Origin: Octopus bimaculoides | Taxonomy: Eukaryota | DNA length: 64,000 nucleotides | Assembly: GCF_001194135.2 (NCBI RefSeq) | Contig: NC_068981.1 | Span: forward strand, 159,859,939-159,923,938 | Direction of reading: 5' to 3' | Shown here: piece after piece, positions 42,401 through 52,997 of the stretch | How the letters are laid out: the number at the start of each line of letters is the position of its first letter | Numbering within the stretch: position 1 is the first letter of the stretch | Notes under the pieces: model-generated | What the model saw: only the letters and a program-made list of their open reading frames with translations | Databases searched by the model: none | Told to the model about the DNA's origin: nothing | Program-made: the position numbers and the translations under genes

Positions 42401-45400
42401 CACATATGCATATATGGGTGTGTGTATCAAAATGTATTATATATATGTATGTATGTTTGAATATGTAAGTATGGTCAAGACTGGTAAAATATTACTTAAT
42501 ATTAAAGGAAAAGTCTTATGTATGATTGTAAAAGCTAGCATTTCACATCAGGTTATTCAAATTTCATGTTAGCAAACCTCAGACTATATCTAAAGTGCAG
42601 TATAAGTGATCTGTTATGCAGAATATACAGGGAAGTGTTGCAGAGAAAATCTTTTAAGAGAAGCAGAAAAAATAGGGGGAAAATAAAATAAAAAATAAAA
42701 ATGTTAACTAAAAAAAAATCATGCATTTTTGTAAAGAGTGAAGTGTGTGTTAAGAGGAGGAAAATCTTCTGTATGCTTATGGGCTGCTTGACCTTTCAAA
42801 CTAAAACTGAGACTGATAAATTATAAAATTTTCTATATGTATACATATATACACACATATGTGTGCATATATATGTATGTATAATTAACAAAATAAATAT
42901 ACATACATATATATATATAATATAAATAATATANNNNNNNNNNNNNNNNNNNNNNNNNNNNNNNNNNNNNNNNNNNNNNNNNNNNNNNNNNNNNNNNNNN
43001 NNNNNNNNNNNNNNNNNNNNNNNNNNNNNNNNNNNNNNNNNNNNNNNNNNNNNNNNNNNNNNNNNNNNNNNNNNNNNNNNNNNNNNNNNNNNNNNNNNNN
43101 NNNNNNNNNNNNNNNNNNNNNNNNNNNNNNNNNNNNNNNNNNNNNNNNNNNNNNNNNNNNNNNNNNNNNNNNNNNNNNNNNNNNNNNNNNNNNNNNNNNN
43201 NNNNNNNNNNNNNNNNNNNNNNNNNNNNNNNNNNNNNNNNNNNNNNNNNNNNNNNNNNNNNNNNNNNNNNNNNNNNNNNNNNNNNNNNNNNNNNNNNNNN
43301 NNNNNNNNNNNNNNNNATCATGCATTTTTGTAAAGAGTGAAGTGTGTGTTAAGAGGAGGAAAATCTTCTGTATGCTTATGGGCTGCTTGACCTTTCAAAC
43401 TAAAACTGAGACTGATAAATTATAAAATTTTCTATATGTATACATATATACACACATATGTGTGCATATATATGTATGTATAATTAACAAAATAAATATA
43501 CATACATATATATATATAAATATATATCTGTGTGTGTATGTGTGTGTGTGTGTGTATTTACGCATGAATGAGTACATGTATTTGAACTATGTTTGAGCTC
43601 TATGTTATGGTTTGATTTGATCAATGTTACTTATATTTCATACACATTATTCCAACTTACCTGATGCAAGTGCAGCTACTAGGATTATTATTATTCCTAA
43701 TCCAATTCCAGCTCGCTTCAGTGCATAAGGTACTCCTGAAAATAAAATTCATTAAAATATATTACAATAATCTTAATTTATAAACATGGAAGTCATCATC
43801 ATTATCATCATCATCATCATTTAACTTTTGCTTTCCATGCTGGCAAGGGTTGGCTATCAGGGACCTGTCCAGGCTCCAACTGTCTGTTGTAGCATGGTTT
43901 CTCCAGCTGGATGCCCTTTTTAATGCCAACCATTTAACAGAGTTTGCTGGGTGCTTTTTTCTAAAATTTGTTTATTCTTTTATTGATTTCAGTCATTGAA
44001 ACGCAGCCATGCTGGAATGGTTTCTAATCATTTATTCCAGCCTTGATTCTTTAACTGGTATATATTTCAACATACTTGTTAGATATGAAGTTTAATACTG
44101 TCATTCTCAGAAGGGAAGATAACTCAATTGGGTATAAATACTGCAAGATTTCATCTCAAATGTAACATCTTTCATTGCTTGTTGAAACAAACACACACAT
44201 GACATACAATTTCCCCTCTATTAAATTTCATTTACAGTGTCATTTAATCAGAATATATAGCAATAGACACTTTCCCAATATGCTGCACAGTTGGATTGAA
44301 CCCAGGACCACAACTTCTTTATCTCACAGCTTTGACTATATATTGGAAAATGCTATAGTCATGTAGAAAATCTTCTTCTTAGGTCTGCCGGTGCCTTTGA
44401 GTGGCACATTGAGCAGTCAGTAATCACCAATTATCTGCCTCTGGCCAGCCAGTATACTTCTTCCCAGGTGATGTTCAGTATTCAGTCTGTGTAGGTCTTC
44501 TTTGAAGGTACTACTCTGTGTCTTCCTTGGCCAGTCTCCTTTACTCTTACCTTTCAGTGGCATCCAGCCCATGGCTGTTTTGGCTAGCCTTCCTTCTGGC
44601 AGTCTTAGTATGTGTCCATTCTCATTTGTTGAGTATACAGACAAAAACAAAGATGATTTCAACTCTGTTTTCATAGGCAGCATATGTGAAATATAGTTTA
44701 CTGAAAGCTTGCTTTTGTAACATATGGCTGGAAATGTTTGGTGGCTTCTAGTTTGTGGCTTCTCACTTTTGAAGTTCATTCTTAATCAATCAGGATATCT
44801 ATAGAGCATAAATAAAATAAGTTTCAAAGAGCCATATCTATAAATTGAAGCCAAATCTACAAACAAAATTTGTTAGAAAAAGGCAACTATGTTTTTCCTC
44901 TTAAAAATATCATTATGTTTACATTTGCAAATGTAACATCTGTTGTGTTTGTATAAATCATTTTTATGGTATAAAACTGGAATATTATAACAGAAAATAT
45001 ATAACTGAAACATTGGCTTCAAATTTTGGCACAAGGCCATCAGTTTCAGGATAGGGCTGAGTCAATTACATTGATTCTATTTTTTTTTCCTCTCACAAAA
45101 TCGAAGTTCCACAGTTATTCAATATCCTGCTAGAAAGGTCTCTACATAAAATGGGCATAAATATATTTAAGAAACATCTGAAAAGTCTACAATCTGAGAT
45201 CCTTGATTGACCGACATCATGACAAGAAATAAATGAGGGCAACAGTATAAAAATCTTTCATTTGCCAAAAATCAAACTACAGAAAGAGGGATGTAAAAGC
45301 AGTAGCAGCAGTAATAATGGTGCTCCAGCATGGCCGTAGTCCATGGGCTGAAACAAGGAAAAAGAATAAAAACAAATGAGAAATTAGAAGTGAAACATGT

Positions 45401-46093
45401 CCTGCAATCTCAAAAAAAGGGAAAAACAATGGAAAAAAAAGTGATTCTGGCTTCCCTGTACATAAGAAAAAGATGGAGTGGTCAAGGTTGGAATACTTTT
45501 GATCATATGTCTGCTCATTCAGGGAAGCCTGGGGCTAAACAATAACAACAACATTTTAGGATGATACCAAGGCCCTAACAATTGACAGATTTCTGCATTC
45601 ACCTTCAACAAATGGAACAAACTTTCAGAAGCTAATATACTTACAAAGGCTCAGAACATAAATGCATATAACATAACTCTATATAATAATAGCCAATATA
45701 AATGTTGGTTGGTTGGTTGGTTGGTCGGTTGACTGATCAATCTCTCCATTGTATAGAGAGAGGGAGAGAGAGAGTGAACAAGAGAGAGAAACAGGGTCAG
45801 TTAACATACCAAGTGCAGGAGGAGTGCACATACTAGGCTTAGTGGAAGACAATGAGTGAAAAAGTGCTAAACACAGTCAGAAAGAATCCTAGAGCTAGAG
45901 GAGAAGAAGGAAGAAGATGATGACAACAACAATAACGGTGAAAACAACAACAACGATGACAAAGGCTTTGCAATAGTTAATATTTATTGTCATGACTATT
46001 TTCTTTTGATGCTTTTCAAGTAAGCTGTTCATTAGTAAAGTTTTTTTTTCCATTAAGCAGAAAAGTATTCACTACTTTAAAGCATTTATAAAC

Positions 46094-46180
<87 letters not shown>

Positions 46181-49100
46181 ACACTCATGGTCCTTTGTTT
46201 TATTTGATGAAAATGACATTTACAAGATGATTGATTTATTCTATAAATGAACGATAAGTATAGAGCAAACTCAAAAAGTAAATTAAAATGGTAGCCAAAT
46301 TAAAATCATAACAAATTTGTGAAAGACATGAGAATAATACCTTGATTTAAATAGGTTTGAGGTCATACTGATGCAAGCTTTTGTTTTGTTATTTGTAGTA
46401 ACATGACATTAATATACAATCCTTAGATGTATTTGGAATCTAAAGGGTATTGGTTTTGTTTATTGGTTTAGATAAATGAGACATACAGCTGAAAAGCTTC
46501 AATAGCTCAAAACATTCAGCCATTTTGTAATTTCTGTATTGAACAATGAATATAACTAATTTACTAAATGACATGCAGGTTCATAAAAATCATAGATTTC
46601 TTTTTCACAACTTAATTCTATTTTTTGACTGTGTATTTCAGCTGGTGCAAAGAGGGCAAATGCTGGGCAATGCTGGAGAAAGAAAAAATTGTGTAAGGTC
46701 TTGAGAAAGGGGCACACATTGTAAGACTGGTTTGAGGCATGGGACAGGATAACACCAGCTGCATGTTATTTAGTATGAATGCACACAACAATTACAACTA
46801 ACACTTTCTCAACAAACAAAAATAAGTGAAACACCAATTAACAAGTGAGAAATGGAAATACTTCATTATAATTAATAAAATTATTATGACTAACAATTTC
46901 AACACAGGCACACAAGCAATGAATACTAGTCCAAACACACAACCAGACAATGACACTAGAGCATATGGTATGATCCAACCAGACACAGAAAAAATATCTG
47001 GTTTTAAATTACCATCAGAGCAAGCCATGTTGAAGGTCAATACTATTGATTGTTTTTCTGAAATAGAAAAAACTTTCGCACAAATTAGACAGAAATTAAG
47101 GAATGACTGTAACAACAATGATAATTCCCTTATGATTACTGGTAGTGCCTGCAACAACTTCAGTTTCAGTCCTAACTCTTCTTGCTATCAATGCCAATAA
47201 TGGCAATATTAAATGACTTCTTAAACTCCTACTGCAGCCCCTCTGACAAACCATATAATATGAAACACACATATCCCATCAAACTACCCTTTAATAAAAG
47301 AATCTGCATACTATGATATGCAGATAAAGAAACAAGCAAAATTTACACTGACTAACAAGAAAATTAAACAAATTCTAATGCAATACGGGATGATGATGAT
47401 GATGATGATAAGCAGAAGGAGTGCAAGTGTAAAGGCAGAGATACCAAGGATCAACTCCTAGTAGACAAAACTGTACTTAGAAACTGCTAGAAGAAGAAAA
47501 CTAGCCATGTCATGGATTGATTATCGTAAGGCATATGATAATATCCCACATTCTTGGGTTATGGAATGCATGAACCTATTTGATATTGCATCAAATGTTG
47601 AGCGATTGCTTGGAAAAAGTATGGCAAAGTGGAGGACGGAACTGACTGCATATGGAAGAAGTTCAGGGACAATAGAAATCAGGAGTGGCATCTTCCAAGG
47701 GGACTGCCTGTTCCCACTGATCTTTGTACTGTGCATGATACCACTAACACAGATTCCGAAGAAAGCAAAGGCTAGGTATGTTTTCAAGAGCTGCCAACAA
47801 AAAGTCAACCAGGATCTGACAAACAGGATTGTGTTGAGCCCCAATTAGTTTTGGTATGGTTTCTATGGCTAGATGCCCTGCCTAGTGTCAGCCACTTTAC
47901 AGTATATACAAAGTGCTTTTTTCATACCACTGGCACTAAGGTTGCTGAATAATTTACAAGGCAGGAAAAATAAAGGATGGAGATCCTTCAACCATGTAGG
48001 TGTGGTAGGGGAGTAGTTAAGAGGTGGCTCTATGCCAGGTGAGGAGTGACTAAATTATGAAAGAGGGACAAGCACAGGTGTCTTATTATAGAGGAGATAT
48101 ATGACTATGATACATTATATAAGGGTTGCCCACTAATTTGACAATGAATCAGTGTATTAAAAATAAAGAAATAATTAACTTCCTGCAGATAAGTCCAGCA
48201 GAACATAATTTGCCAAACTATGCTCAATTGATAAACCAAATATTAATGACATGAGATAAGTAACAGCACAGTATTGCAGAAAAATAGAAAAGTTTCTTAA
48301 TGTCCATATGGTGATGTTAAGTAACATCTTCCAACTCTCAGGCAATCAGTAATGACACACCTATTTCTCAACACTGGGAATAAAGTCACTGCCCCATCTC
48401 AAATACTTCCCCACTTAGTCAGGCAGGGCCTTATACTTTACTTTTCCTGTTTTGCAAGTTATTTGGCAACTTCGTTACAAGGGGTGCTAAAAAGTTCTTG
48501 GCTTTAAGGGTATCGTGAAAGGCCTGGCTGGAGGTCCAATATTCTGAGTTCTTTTACAGGGCTTAGAAAAACTGAAGGACCATTGAAATAAGTGTGTAAA
48601 TCTGAGAGGGGAATATGTTGAATAAGATCATAATTAACTGATTCTCCTATATTTTCTTTTACCCAAAGCCAGGAACTTTTCAGTACCCGCTTGTAGTGCT
48701 GGCAACATGAAAGTACTCAGTTCATACCATAAAATAGTTGGCATTAGGGATGGCATCCAACTGTAGTAACCATACCAAAGCTGACATTTGAGTTTGAGAC
48801 AATTCTGCAGTTTGCCAGATCCTGCCAAAATGTTTGACCCATACCAACATAGACAATAGATGTTAAAGGAAGATGATGATGATATATGGCCTTTGGAAAG
48901 ATCACAAACCTGTCTTTGGACTCATTGTTGTACCACCAACCAGACCAGTTTACAGAACAAACAGCTCCAGCAACTAGAGACTGTCATATTTCACACACCC
49001 ACTAACAGAAGTGCCTATGGAGGTTTGCAACTGCAAAGAATGCTTTCTCAGTAGAATCAATGACTATAACCACTTCTGTCTTTCCAGATCGCATAGAATG

Positions 49101-52100
49101 TAATATCCCTATATCCACTAATCAATATTGATTTTGCTGAAGGGAAGTGTGTGGAGATGATTTGCAAGAGTGATGCAGTGTTTCGCAATGCTGATATCAA
49201 ATGAGATGGAATATTCCATAAAATTTATATGCAATAACGGAAACTTAAACAAATATGATCTAAAAAAGTTTTGTACCACCAGATGAAAACAAAGACCCTC
49301 TCCCATCATTACCCTATCTGTAAAAAATACTCCCATTGAGCACTGGAATCAACCAACCAAACTGTAAGGGAGCACAACTAAATAAGCATAATGGTACATA
49401 CTGTTGGTGCCAGTATAAAAGCAATGCTAAAGGAGTACATATTTGAATTTAATAATAAACTATTTAGCCAAATGAAAGATGTAGCCATTTCATGGATTGG
49501 AGAGATAAATAAGTCAGATAATACCAAATGAAGAGACCCATGTCTGTGGTAATGTTCTCACAATGTGTTGATATAAATACTGTGAGTGAAACAACTGCAG
49601 AAGATGATACTCAGCAAAGAGGAAAACGTACTATAAAAAGCATCTAACACACAAAAAGCATCTAACACACAAAAAGCATCTAACACACAAAAAGCATCTA
49701 ACACACAAAAAGCATCTAACTCCAACCACCACAGCATTGATGTGACTGTTAACTACCTGTCCAAGTACCACAACAAAAGTGTGCGTGAGAAGACCCGGCA
49801 AGCCAAGTAAGATCGTTGCCAGTGCCCCTGGACTGGTTCTTGTGCGGGTGGCACATGAGATGCACCATTTTGAGCGTGGCCGTTGCCAGTACAGCCTGAC
49901 TGGCTCCTGTAGGATTTTCGAGCGAGATCGTTGCCAGTGCCCCTGGACTGGCTTGTGCGGGTGGCACATAAAAGACACCATTTCGAGCGTGGCCGTTTTC
50001 GTGCGGGTGACACGTAAAAGCACCCACTACACTCTCTGAGTGGTTGGCGTTAGGAAGGGCATCCAGCTGTAGAAACTCTGCCAAATCAGACTGGAGCCTG
50101 GTGTTGCCATCCGGTTTCACCAGTCCTCAGTCAAATCGTCCAACCCATGCTAGCATGGAAAGCGGACGTTAAACGATGATGATGATGATGATCATCATCA
50201 TTATCATGGGCAGTTTGACAGATCCAATGGGCCCAAGGATTGCTTTATACTCTACTGTCTATTTTGGCATGGTTTCTATGGCATGTACTGGGTGCTTTTT
50301 TTCACACCACCTGCACTAGTGAGGTCACCATGCACTAGCCCTGAGAAAAGCAGCTATATGCTAAGAGATGAAGAGTTAAAACACGAGAGAAGTATCCAGA
50401 GCAGAACATATTTCTATCTGTAGAGAGGCTACATGGTTATTCACATTTTAGAAGAAACAGTTGAGGTGATCAAGGTGGGGGTAGAGAAGAGATCAAATAG
50501 TGGTGATGAGGTGTCTGAGAGGGCCTTCCAGTAATGAAGTGAATAGAAGTGAGTGGGACTAGAAGAGCTGAGGAAGTAGCAGTGTTGGAGTTGCAAGAAT
50601 AAGTATAGGATTTCATTCATTGTGTGCAATTCTTTGGATAAAACCAGCAGAGAGACACAGATAGATAGACAGACAACAAGCTTCTATCAGTTTTTACCTA
50701 CCAAACCCACTCAGAAGGCTTTGGTTGGCCCAGGGCTATAGTGGAAGACACTTGCCTAAGGTTCCATTTTTTTTCTGTGGGGGTATCTCAAGGATAATGT
50801 TTACCAAAACAACCCTCAAACGATTGGTGAACTGAAGGCAGGAATCACAGCAAAAATCAGGGAAATCCCCAAAGAGGAATGTGTTCGAGTAATTGACAAT
50901 TTTATGTGACATATGCAAGTGTGTCTCCAATGCCACAGAGGCTGTTTGGAGCATGTTTTGAAAAGAACATGACTTTTATGCAAAGGGAAAGATCGAACAC
51001 AGACCAAAGTTTAAGTCCCAGCAAGTTTCAAGAAATTTTCTGGACCCTTGTAGGATTTAATAGAATTTTTATGTGTTCTGTTTTTTTTTTGTGTCATCCT
51101 GTATATGCATGTATCTATATGTAGGTGTGTATCTATATATATAAAAATGAGAATGTGTGTCTGTCTGTCTGTCTGTCTGTGTGAATCCCTAAAACTCGAG
51201 AACTACGCAACCAATTTCATTCAAATTTTACACATGCCTTACTTAGGGTTCAAGTTGTGTTTTAGTCAAAAAAAATTTTAACTTCTTCCAGAGTTCGAGC
51301 CCACAGTATTACGTGTCAAAAGTGAAACAAAAACACTCATGTCAAATACTTTCACTTTAAAAATGAAACTATTCTACTAACTGAAACAATCACATTTCGA
51401 TACTTTCAGAGAGAAAGAGAGAAAGAGAGAAAGAGAGAGAAAGAGATGTATATGTATACATATACATGTATATGTACNNNNNNNNNNNNNNNNNNNNNNN
51501 NNNNNNNNNNNNNNNNNNNNNNNNNNNNNNNNNNNNNNNNNNNNNNNNNNNNNNNNNNNNNNNNNNNNNNNNNNNNNNNNNNNNNNNNNNNNNNNNNNNN
51601 NNNNNNNNNNNNNNNNNNNNNNNNNNNNNNNNNNNNNNNNNNNNNNNNNNNNNNNNNNNNNNNNNNNNNNNNNNNNNNNNNNNNNNNNNNNNNNNNNNNN
51701 NNNNNNNNNNNNNNNNNNNNNNNNNNNNNNNNNNNNNNNNNNNNNNNNNNNNNNNNNNNNNNNNNNNNNNNNNNNNNNNNNNNNNNNNNNNNNNNNNNNN
51801 NNNNNNNNNNNNNNNNNNNNNNNNNNNNNNNNNNNNNNNNNNNNNNNNNNNNNNNNNNNNNNNNNNNNNNNNNNNNNNNNNNNNNNNNNNNNNNNNNNNN
51901 NNNNACAACAGTGTAAGACTACCCTTTCAGATATACTTTCATTGTGATTTCTGCAATGTGGTGCATAAATTGTCAAGTAAATGAGACGCATCTTTGCCTC
52001 CACTGATTCACTTGCAAAGTGTTAAGTAAAATTATTTCGTTGCAGACCTCCTTTGGGTCTTTTTATTATCACTACGACACACATAGTCCCCAGTTGGTAA

Positions 52101-52596
52101 CATTGATTTCAAGGCCCTCCTAGATGAGAGACTGGCATTCCACTTAATGTCTATGTTCCATGCTGGCATGGATTGGAGAGTTATTAATGTAGAAATATGG
52201 TATCGTAGCTACTAACAGTTGAGGGTTGCATAGTCTAGACGGCGTTTTTAGATTTCATTATTCTCTTTAACCCGGGCAAAGCCGGGTATTTCTGCTAGTA
52301 TATATTAAAACAAAGACTGAAATTTATGTTATTATTTTTAATTCTGTAGTTACAGTTGCTTCAATACAACATGGGAAATACATTTTGCGAGTGAAATATT
52401 AATGAAGCTATAATAATTATGGTTGACCTCATCTTCCATAGCTTAACGCCTGCTACCATAGAAAAATCTTGCTGTAGTAATCACCAGGTGGTGTGAAGCA
52501 GGACATAATTTAGCTCTAACAATGGAACAGGGATATATATTTACACACACACACACACACACACGCACACACACACGCACGCACACACGCACACAT

Positions 52597-52642
<46 letters not shown>

Positions 52643-52997
52643 GCATATGTGTATAATGCGTCCATGTAAATATATATGTATATTTGATGCCTCCTTGTAC
52701 GACTTTTCATCTTTATGAGAGTGTATATATGTATACACATATGCATGCACTTAACATGTATGTACATTTTTGCATAGTTTTTTTTAACAAAGGGATGAAA
52801 ACAATACTAAAAAGAGGAACTTGATACCAATAACTTACCAATAACTCCGGAACCTATAATTGAATTAATCAAGTTGAAGCTTGTCATTGGGATATTGTTT
52901 CGAAGTTTCCCATCATCCTTTGCTGGTTCAGCAACTAGTTGACTAGATTCACTCATACCACTGATGCTACTAGCATCAGACATGCTTTGTAAAGTCT
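11367..52997 (-). CDS. SLC38A11: Multi-exon gene: putative sodium-coupled neutral amino acid transporter 11 (SLC38/Aa_trans family), 12 exons located, about 469 aa; true 5' end uncertain
   Basis: Manually spliced exons 52839-52997, 43661-43735, 39839-39897, 37746-37821, 31821-31889, 29615-29724, 20646-20725, 18757-18827, 18299-18460, 15973-16085, 13000-13137 and 11367-11666 all have AG/GT ends with compatible phases and no internal stop. Motifs: [86 protein letters not shown]. These resemble vertebrate SLC38A11 as recalled; not database-confirmed. Confidence 0.9.
13000..13137 (-). CDS. SLC38A11: SLC38A11-like exon [46 protein letters not shown]
   Basis: atttcag acceptor, AAT|gtaagt donor, 138 nt, phase 0-0. 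Confidence 0.92.
14860..15410 (-). mobile_element. Highly degenerate GC-richer repeat fragment, possibly the 5' region of an L2/CR1-group LINE
   Basis: SGDI and VSNPGP in neighbouring frames followed by Cys/His remnants (CDSTC, GWFH); needs frameshifts to join. Confidence 0.3.
15436..15599 (+). mobile_element. RTE 3' tail fragment; degenerate copies in both orientations at ~4860-5050, 13730-13890, 36780-36930, 43800-43960, 47810-47940, 48700-48880, 50190-50320, 55560-55720, 62200-62390
   Basis: Near-identical to 61066-61226, ending in (GAT)n. Confidence 0.85.
15973..16085 (-). CDS. SLC38A11: SLC38A11-like exon [38 protein letters not shown]
   Basis: atttcag acceptor, GAG|gtaaaa donor, 113 nt, phase 1-0. 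Confidence 0.92.
16347..17624 (-). mobile_element. Degenerate full-length mariner-superfamily element, rosa/DD41D-like
   Basis: 34-bp TIRs (caggatggagcagagaggatggacgtttttgaaa), TA at both ends; broken transposase with [49 protein letters not shown] and C-terminal [24 protein letters not shown]. Family call is by motif resemblance; spacing cannot be counted across frameshifts. Confidence 0.85.
18299..18460 (-). CDS. SLC38A11: SLC38A11-like exon [54 protein letters not shown]
   Basis: tttccag acceptor, G|gttggt donor required to keep frame, 162 nt, phase 1-1. Confidence 0.9.
18757..18827 (-). CDS. SLC38A11: SLC38A11-like exon [23 protein letters not shown]
   Basis: ctctcag acceptor, G|gtaaga donor, 71 nt, phase 2-1. 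Confidence 0.9.
19318..19512 (+). mobile_element. LINE 3' coding fragment (RTE-like); second copy at ~13260-13465
   Basis: [33 protein letters not shown]; the two copies align by eye. Confidence 0.55.
20646..20725 (-). CDS. SLC38A11: SLC38A11-like exon [26 protein letters not shown](V)
   Basis: gtttcag acceptor, GT|gtgagt donor, 80 nt, phase 0-2. Confidence 0.9.
21350..23102 (-). repeat. Cluster of six same-orientation tRNA-derived SINE units (21350-21561, 22069-22279, 22292-22516, 22535-22750, 22769-22867 partial, 22889-23102)
   Basis: Each unit on the minus strand has aaggc..agctggcagaa (A-box-like), gagttcaaattc (B box) and ..ccttgtgccaaaatttgaaacc; short AT linkers between the last five. 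Confidence 0.85.
21720..21930 (+). mobile_element. 3' end of an RLE-type (HERO/CRE-like) retroelement; second copy at ~31225-31440
   Basis: [21 protein letters not shown] resembles RLE-element C-termini; the two copies align by eye. Confidence 0.45.
23480..24262. repeat. ~780-bp cryptic purine-pyrimidine alternating (TG/TA/TGCA) microsatellite
   Basis: Direct reading; explains the cluster of Cys/Val- and His/Thr-rich spurious ORFs. Confidence 0.9.
26921..27460 (+). mobile_element. R4/Dong-like non-LTR retrotransposon 3' fragment (restriction-like endonuclease)
   Basis: [57 protein letters not shown]; (AAT)n on both sides. Confidence 0.8.
27498..28480 (+). mobile_element. R4/Dong-like non-LTR retrotransposon 3' fragment (degenerate CCHC knuckle, deleted RLE, 3' UTR)
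   Basis: [56 protein letters not shown]; [13 protein letters not shown]-type ending; (AAT)n on both sides. Confidence 0.8.
29032..29343 (-). mobile_element. tRNA-headed SINE with partial hammerhead core plus an inverted 3' fragment
   Basis: Minus strand from 29242: GGGCATATGACGTAGTGGTTAAG (A box)..GAGTTTGATTCC (B box), (AAT)n, GACACCTGATGAAGG; perfect 22-bp inverted repeat 29032-29053 / 29291-29312. Confidence 0.7.
29615..29724 (-). CDS. SLC38A11: SLC38A11-like exon [37 protein letters not shown]
   Basis: ttatacag acceptor, AAG|gtaaat donor, 110 nt, phase 1-0. Confidence 0.92.
31821..31889 (-). CDS. SLC38A11: SLC38A11-like exon [23 protein letters not shown]
   Basis: tttaacag acceptor, G|gtaagt donor, 69 nt, phase 1-1. 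Confidence 0.9.
34508..35771 (+). mobile_element. Degenerate full-length Tc1-like element (transposase pseudogene 34699-35719), probably DD36E/Incomer type
   Basis: TIRs cagtggttggacaaaataatggaaaca / tgtttccattattttgtccagcccctg followed by TA; [13 protein letters not shown].., [31 protein letters not shown]; several stops and frameshifts; left end abuts a gap. Confidence 0.9.
37746..37821 (-). CDS. SLC38A11: SLC38A11-like exon [25 protein letters not shown]
   Basis: ttgaag acceptor, T|gtgagt donor, 76 nt, phase 0-1. Confidence 0.9.
38876..39207 (+). mobile_element. tRNA-derived SINE with a CORE/Meta-like central domain
   Basis: A box tggctcagtgattag, B box gagttcaattcc, gttcttgagcaaggcacttt..ccagttcactcagcagtagaaatgag; superfamily assignment is tentative. 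Confidence 0.7.
39839..39897 (-). CDS. SLC38A11: SLC38A11-like exon [20 protein letters not shown]
   Basis: ctttcag acceptor, CAA|gtatgc donor, 59 nt, phase 1-0. Confidence 0.9.
40236..40671 (+). mobile_element. tRNA-derived SINE with an internal TA/TG microsatellite (gap inside); related copies at ~76-372, 12517-12640, 33114-33268, 33397-33490 (minus), 55905-55992, 57950-58142
   Basis: ggctgtgtggtaag..gcttaccaaccacatgg head; body gtccctgtaacttagcggttcggcaaaagagac..gaataagtac..ggtgctccagcatggcc; tail gtaaaagagtaaaaga. Confidence 0.8.
40872..42305 (+). mobile_element. Penelope-like element fragment: GIY-YIG endonuclease pseudogene (41223-41610) between inverted arms 40872-41223 and 41973-42305
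   Basis: [72 protein letters not shown] (one frameshift, one stop). The left arm is the reverse complement of the 3' end, the classic inverted pseudo-LTR layout. Confidence 0.85.
43661..43735 (-). CDS. SLC38A11: SLC38A11-like exon [25 protein letters not shown]
   Basis: ttttcag acceptor, G|gtaagt donor, 75 nt, phase 1-1. Confidence 0.92.
44371..44800 (-). mobile_element. RTE-clade LINE 3' fragment with (AAG)n tail
   Basis: [37 protein letters not shown]; minus strand ends in ...cctaagaagaaga. Confidence 0.65.
47410..47805 (+). mobile_element. Reverse transcriptase fragment of an RLE-type (R4/Dong-like) retrotransposon
   Basis: [49 protein letters not shown]. Confidence 0.8.
48478..48693 (+). 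mobile_element. Mariner-derived MITE (216 bp)
   Basis: TIRs caaggggtgctaaaaagttcttggcttt / aaagccaggaacttttcagtacccgcttg, TA flanks; interior resembles a mariner transposase C-terminus; a partial second copy lies at ~58257-58352. Confidence 0.75.
49635..49720. repeat. Perfect 18-bp minisatellite (aaaaagcatctaacacac) x4.8
   Basis: Direct reading. Confidence 0.95.
49760..50190 (+). mobile_element. RTE 3' UTR/tail fragment, same family as 59621-61226
   Basis: Shares gagtggttggcgttaggaagggcatccagctgtagaaactctgcc...catgctagcatggaaagcggacgttaaacgatgatgat; three modular repeats upstream. Confidence 0.85.
50768..51101 (+). mobile_element. 3' fragment of a mariner-superfamily (rosa-like) transposon
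   Basis: [44 protein letters not shown]...CLEHVLKRT*; ends in ..catcctg followed by TA. Confidence 0.75.
51132..52298 (+). mobile_element. Non-autonomous Helitron-like element (interior interrupted by a gap)
   Basis: 5' A|TCTATATATATAAAAATGAG with a (GTCT)n tract; 3' hairpin cccgggcaaagccggg then CTAG|T; A/T target site. Continuity across the gap is assumed. Confidence 0.65.
52839..52997 (-). CDS. SLC38A11: SLC38A11-like exon (x)[52 protein letters not shown]
   Basis: ttttcag acceptor, G|gtaagt donor, 159 nt, phase 1-1; TM1 motif NSIIGSG; in-frame ATG at 52983-52981. Confidence 0.9.

Noticed and set aside
42718-43519. Near-exact ~200-bp direct duplication (42718-42933 and 43317-43519)
   Set aside because: The copies sit on either side of an N gap; typical unmerged contig overlap, so likely an assembly artefact.
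46826-47200. 124-aa ORF with a Cys-containing end, as a host gene
   Set aside because: No recognisable domain or splice context; it adjoins an RT fragment and is probably decayed retroelement sequence.
49635-49720. Regular 18-bp repeats, as a CRISPR-like array
   Set aside because: Units are contiguous with no spacers; an ordinary minisatellite in eukaryotic DNA.
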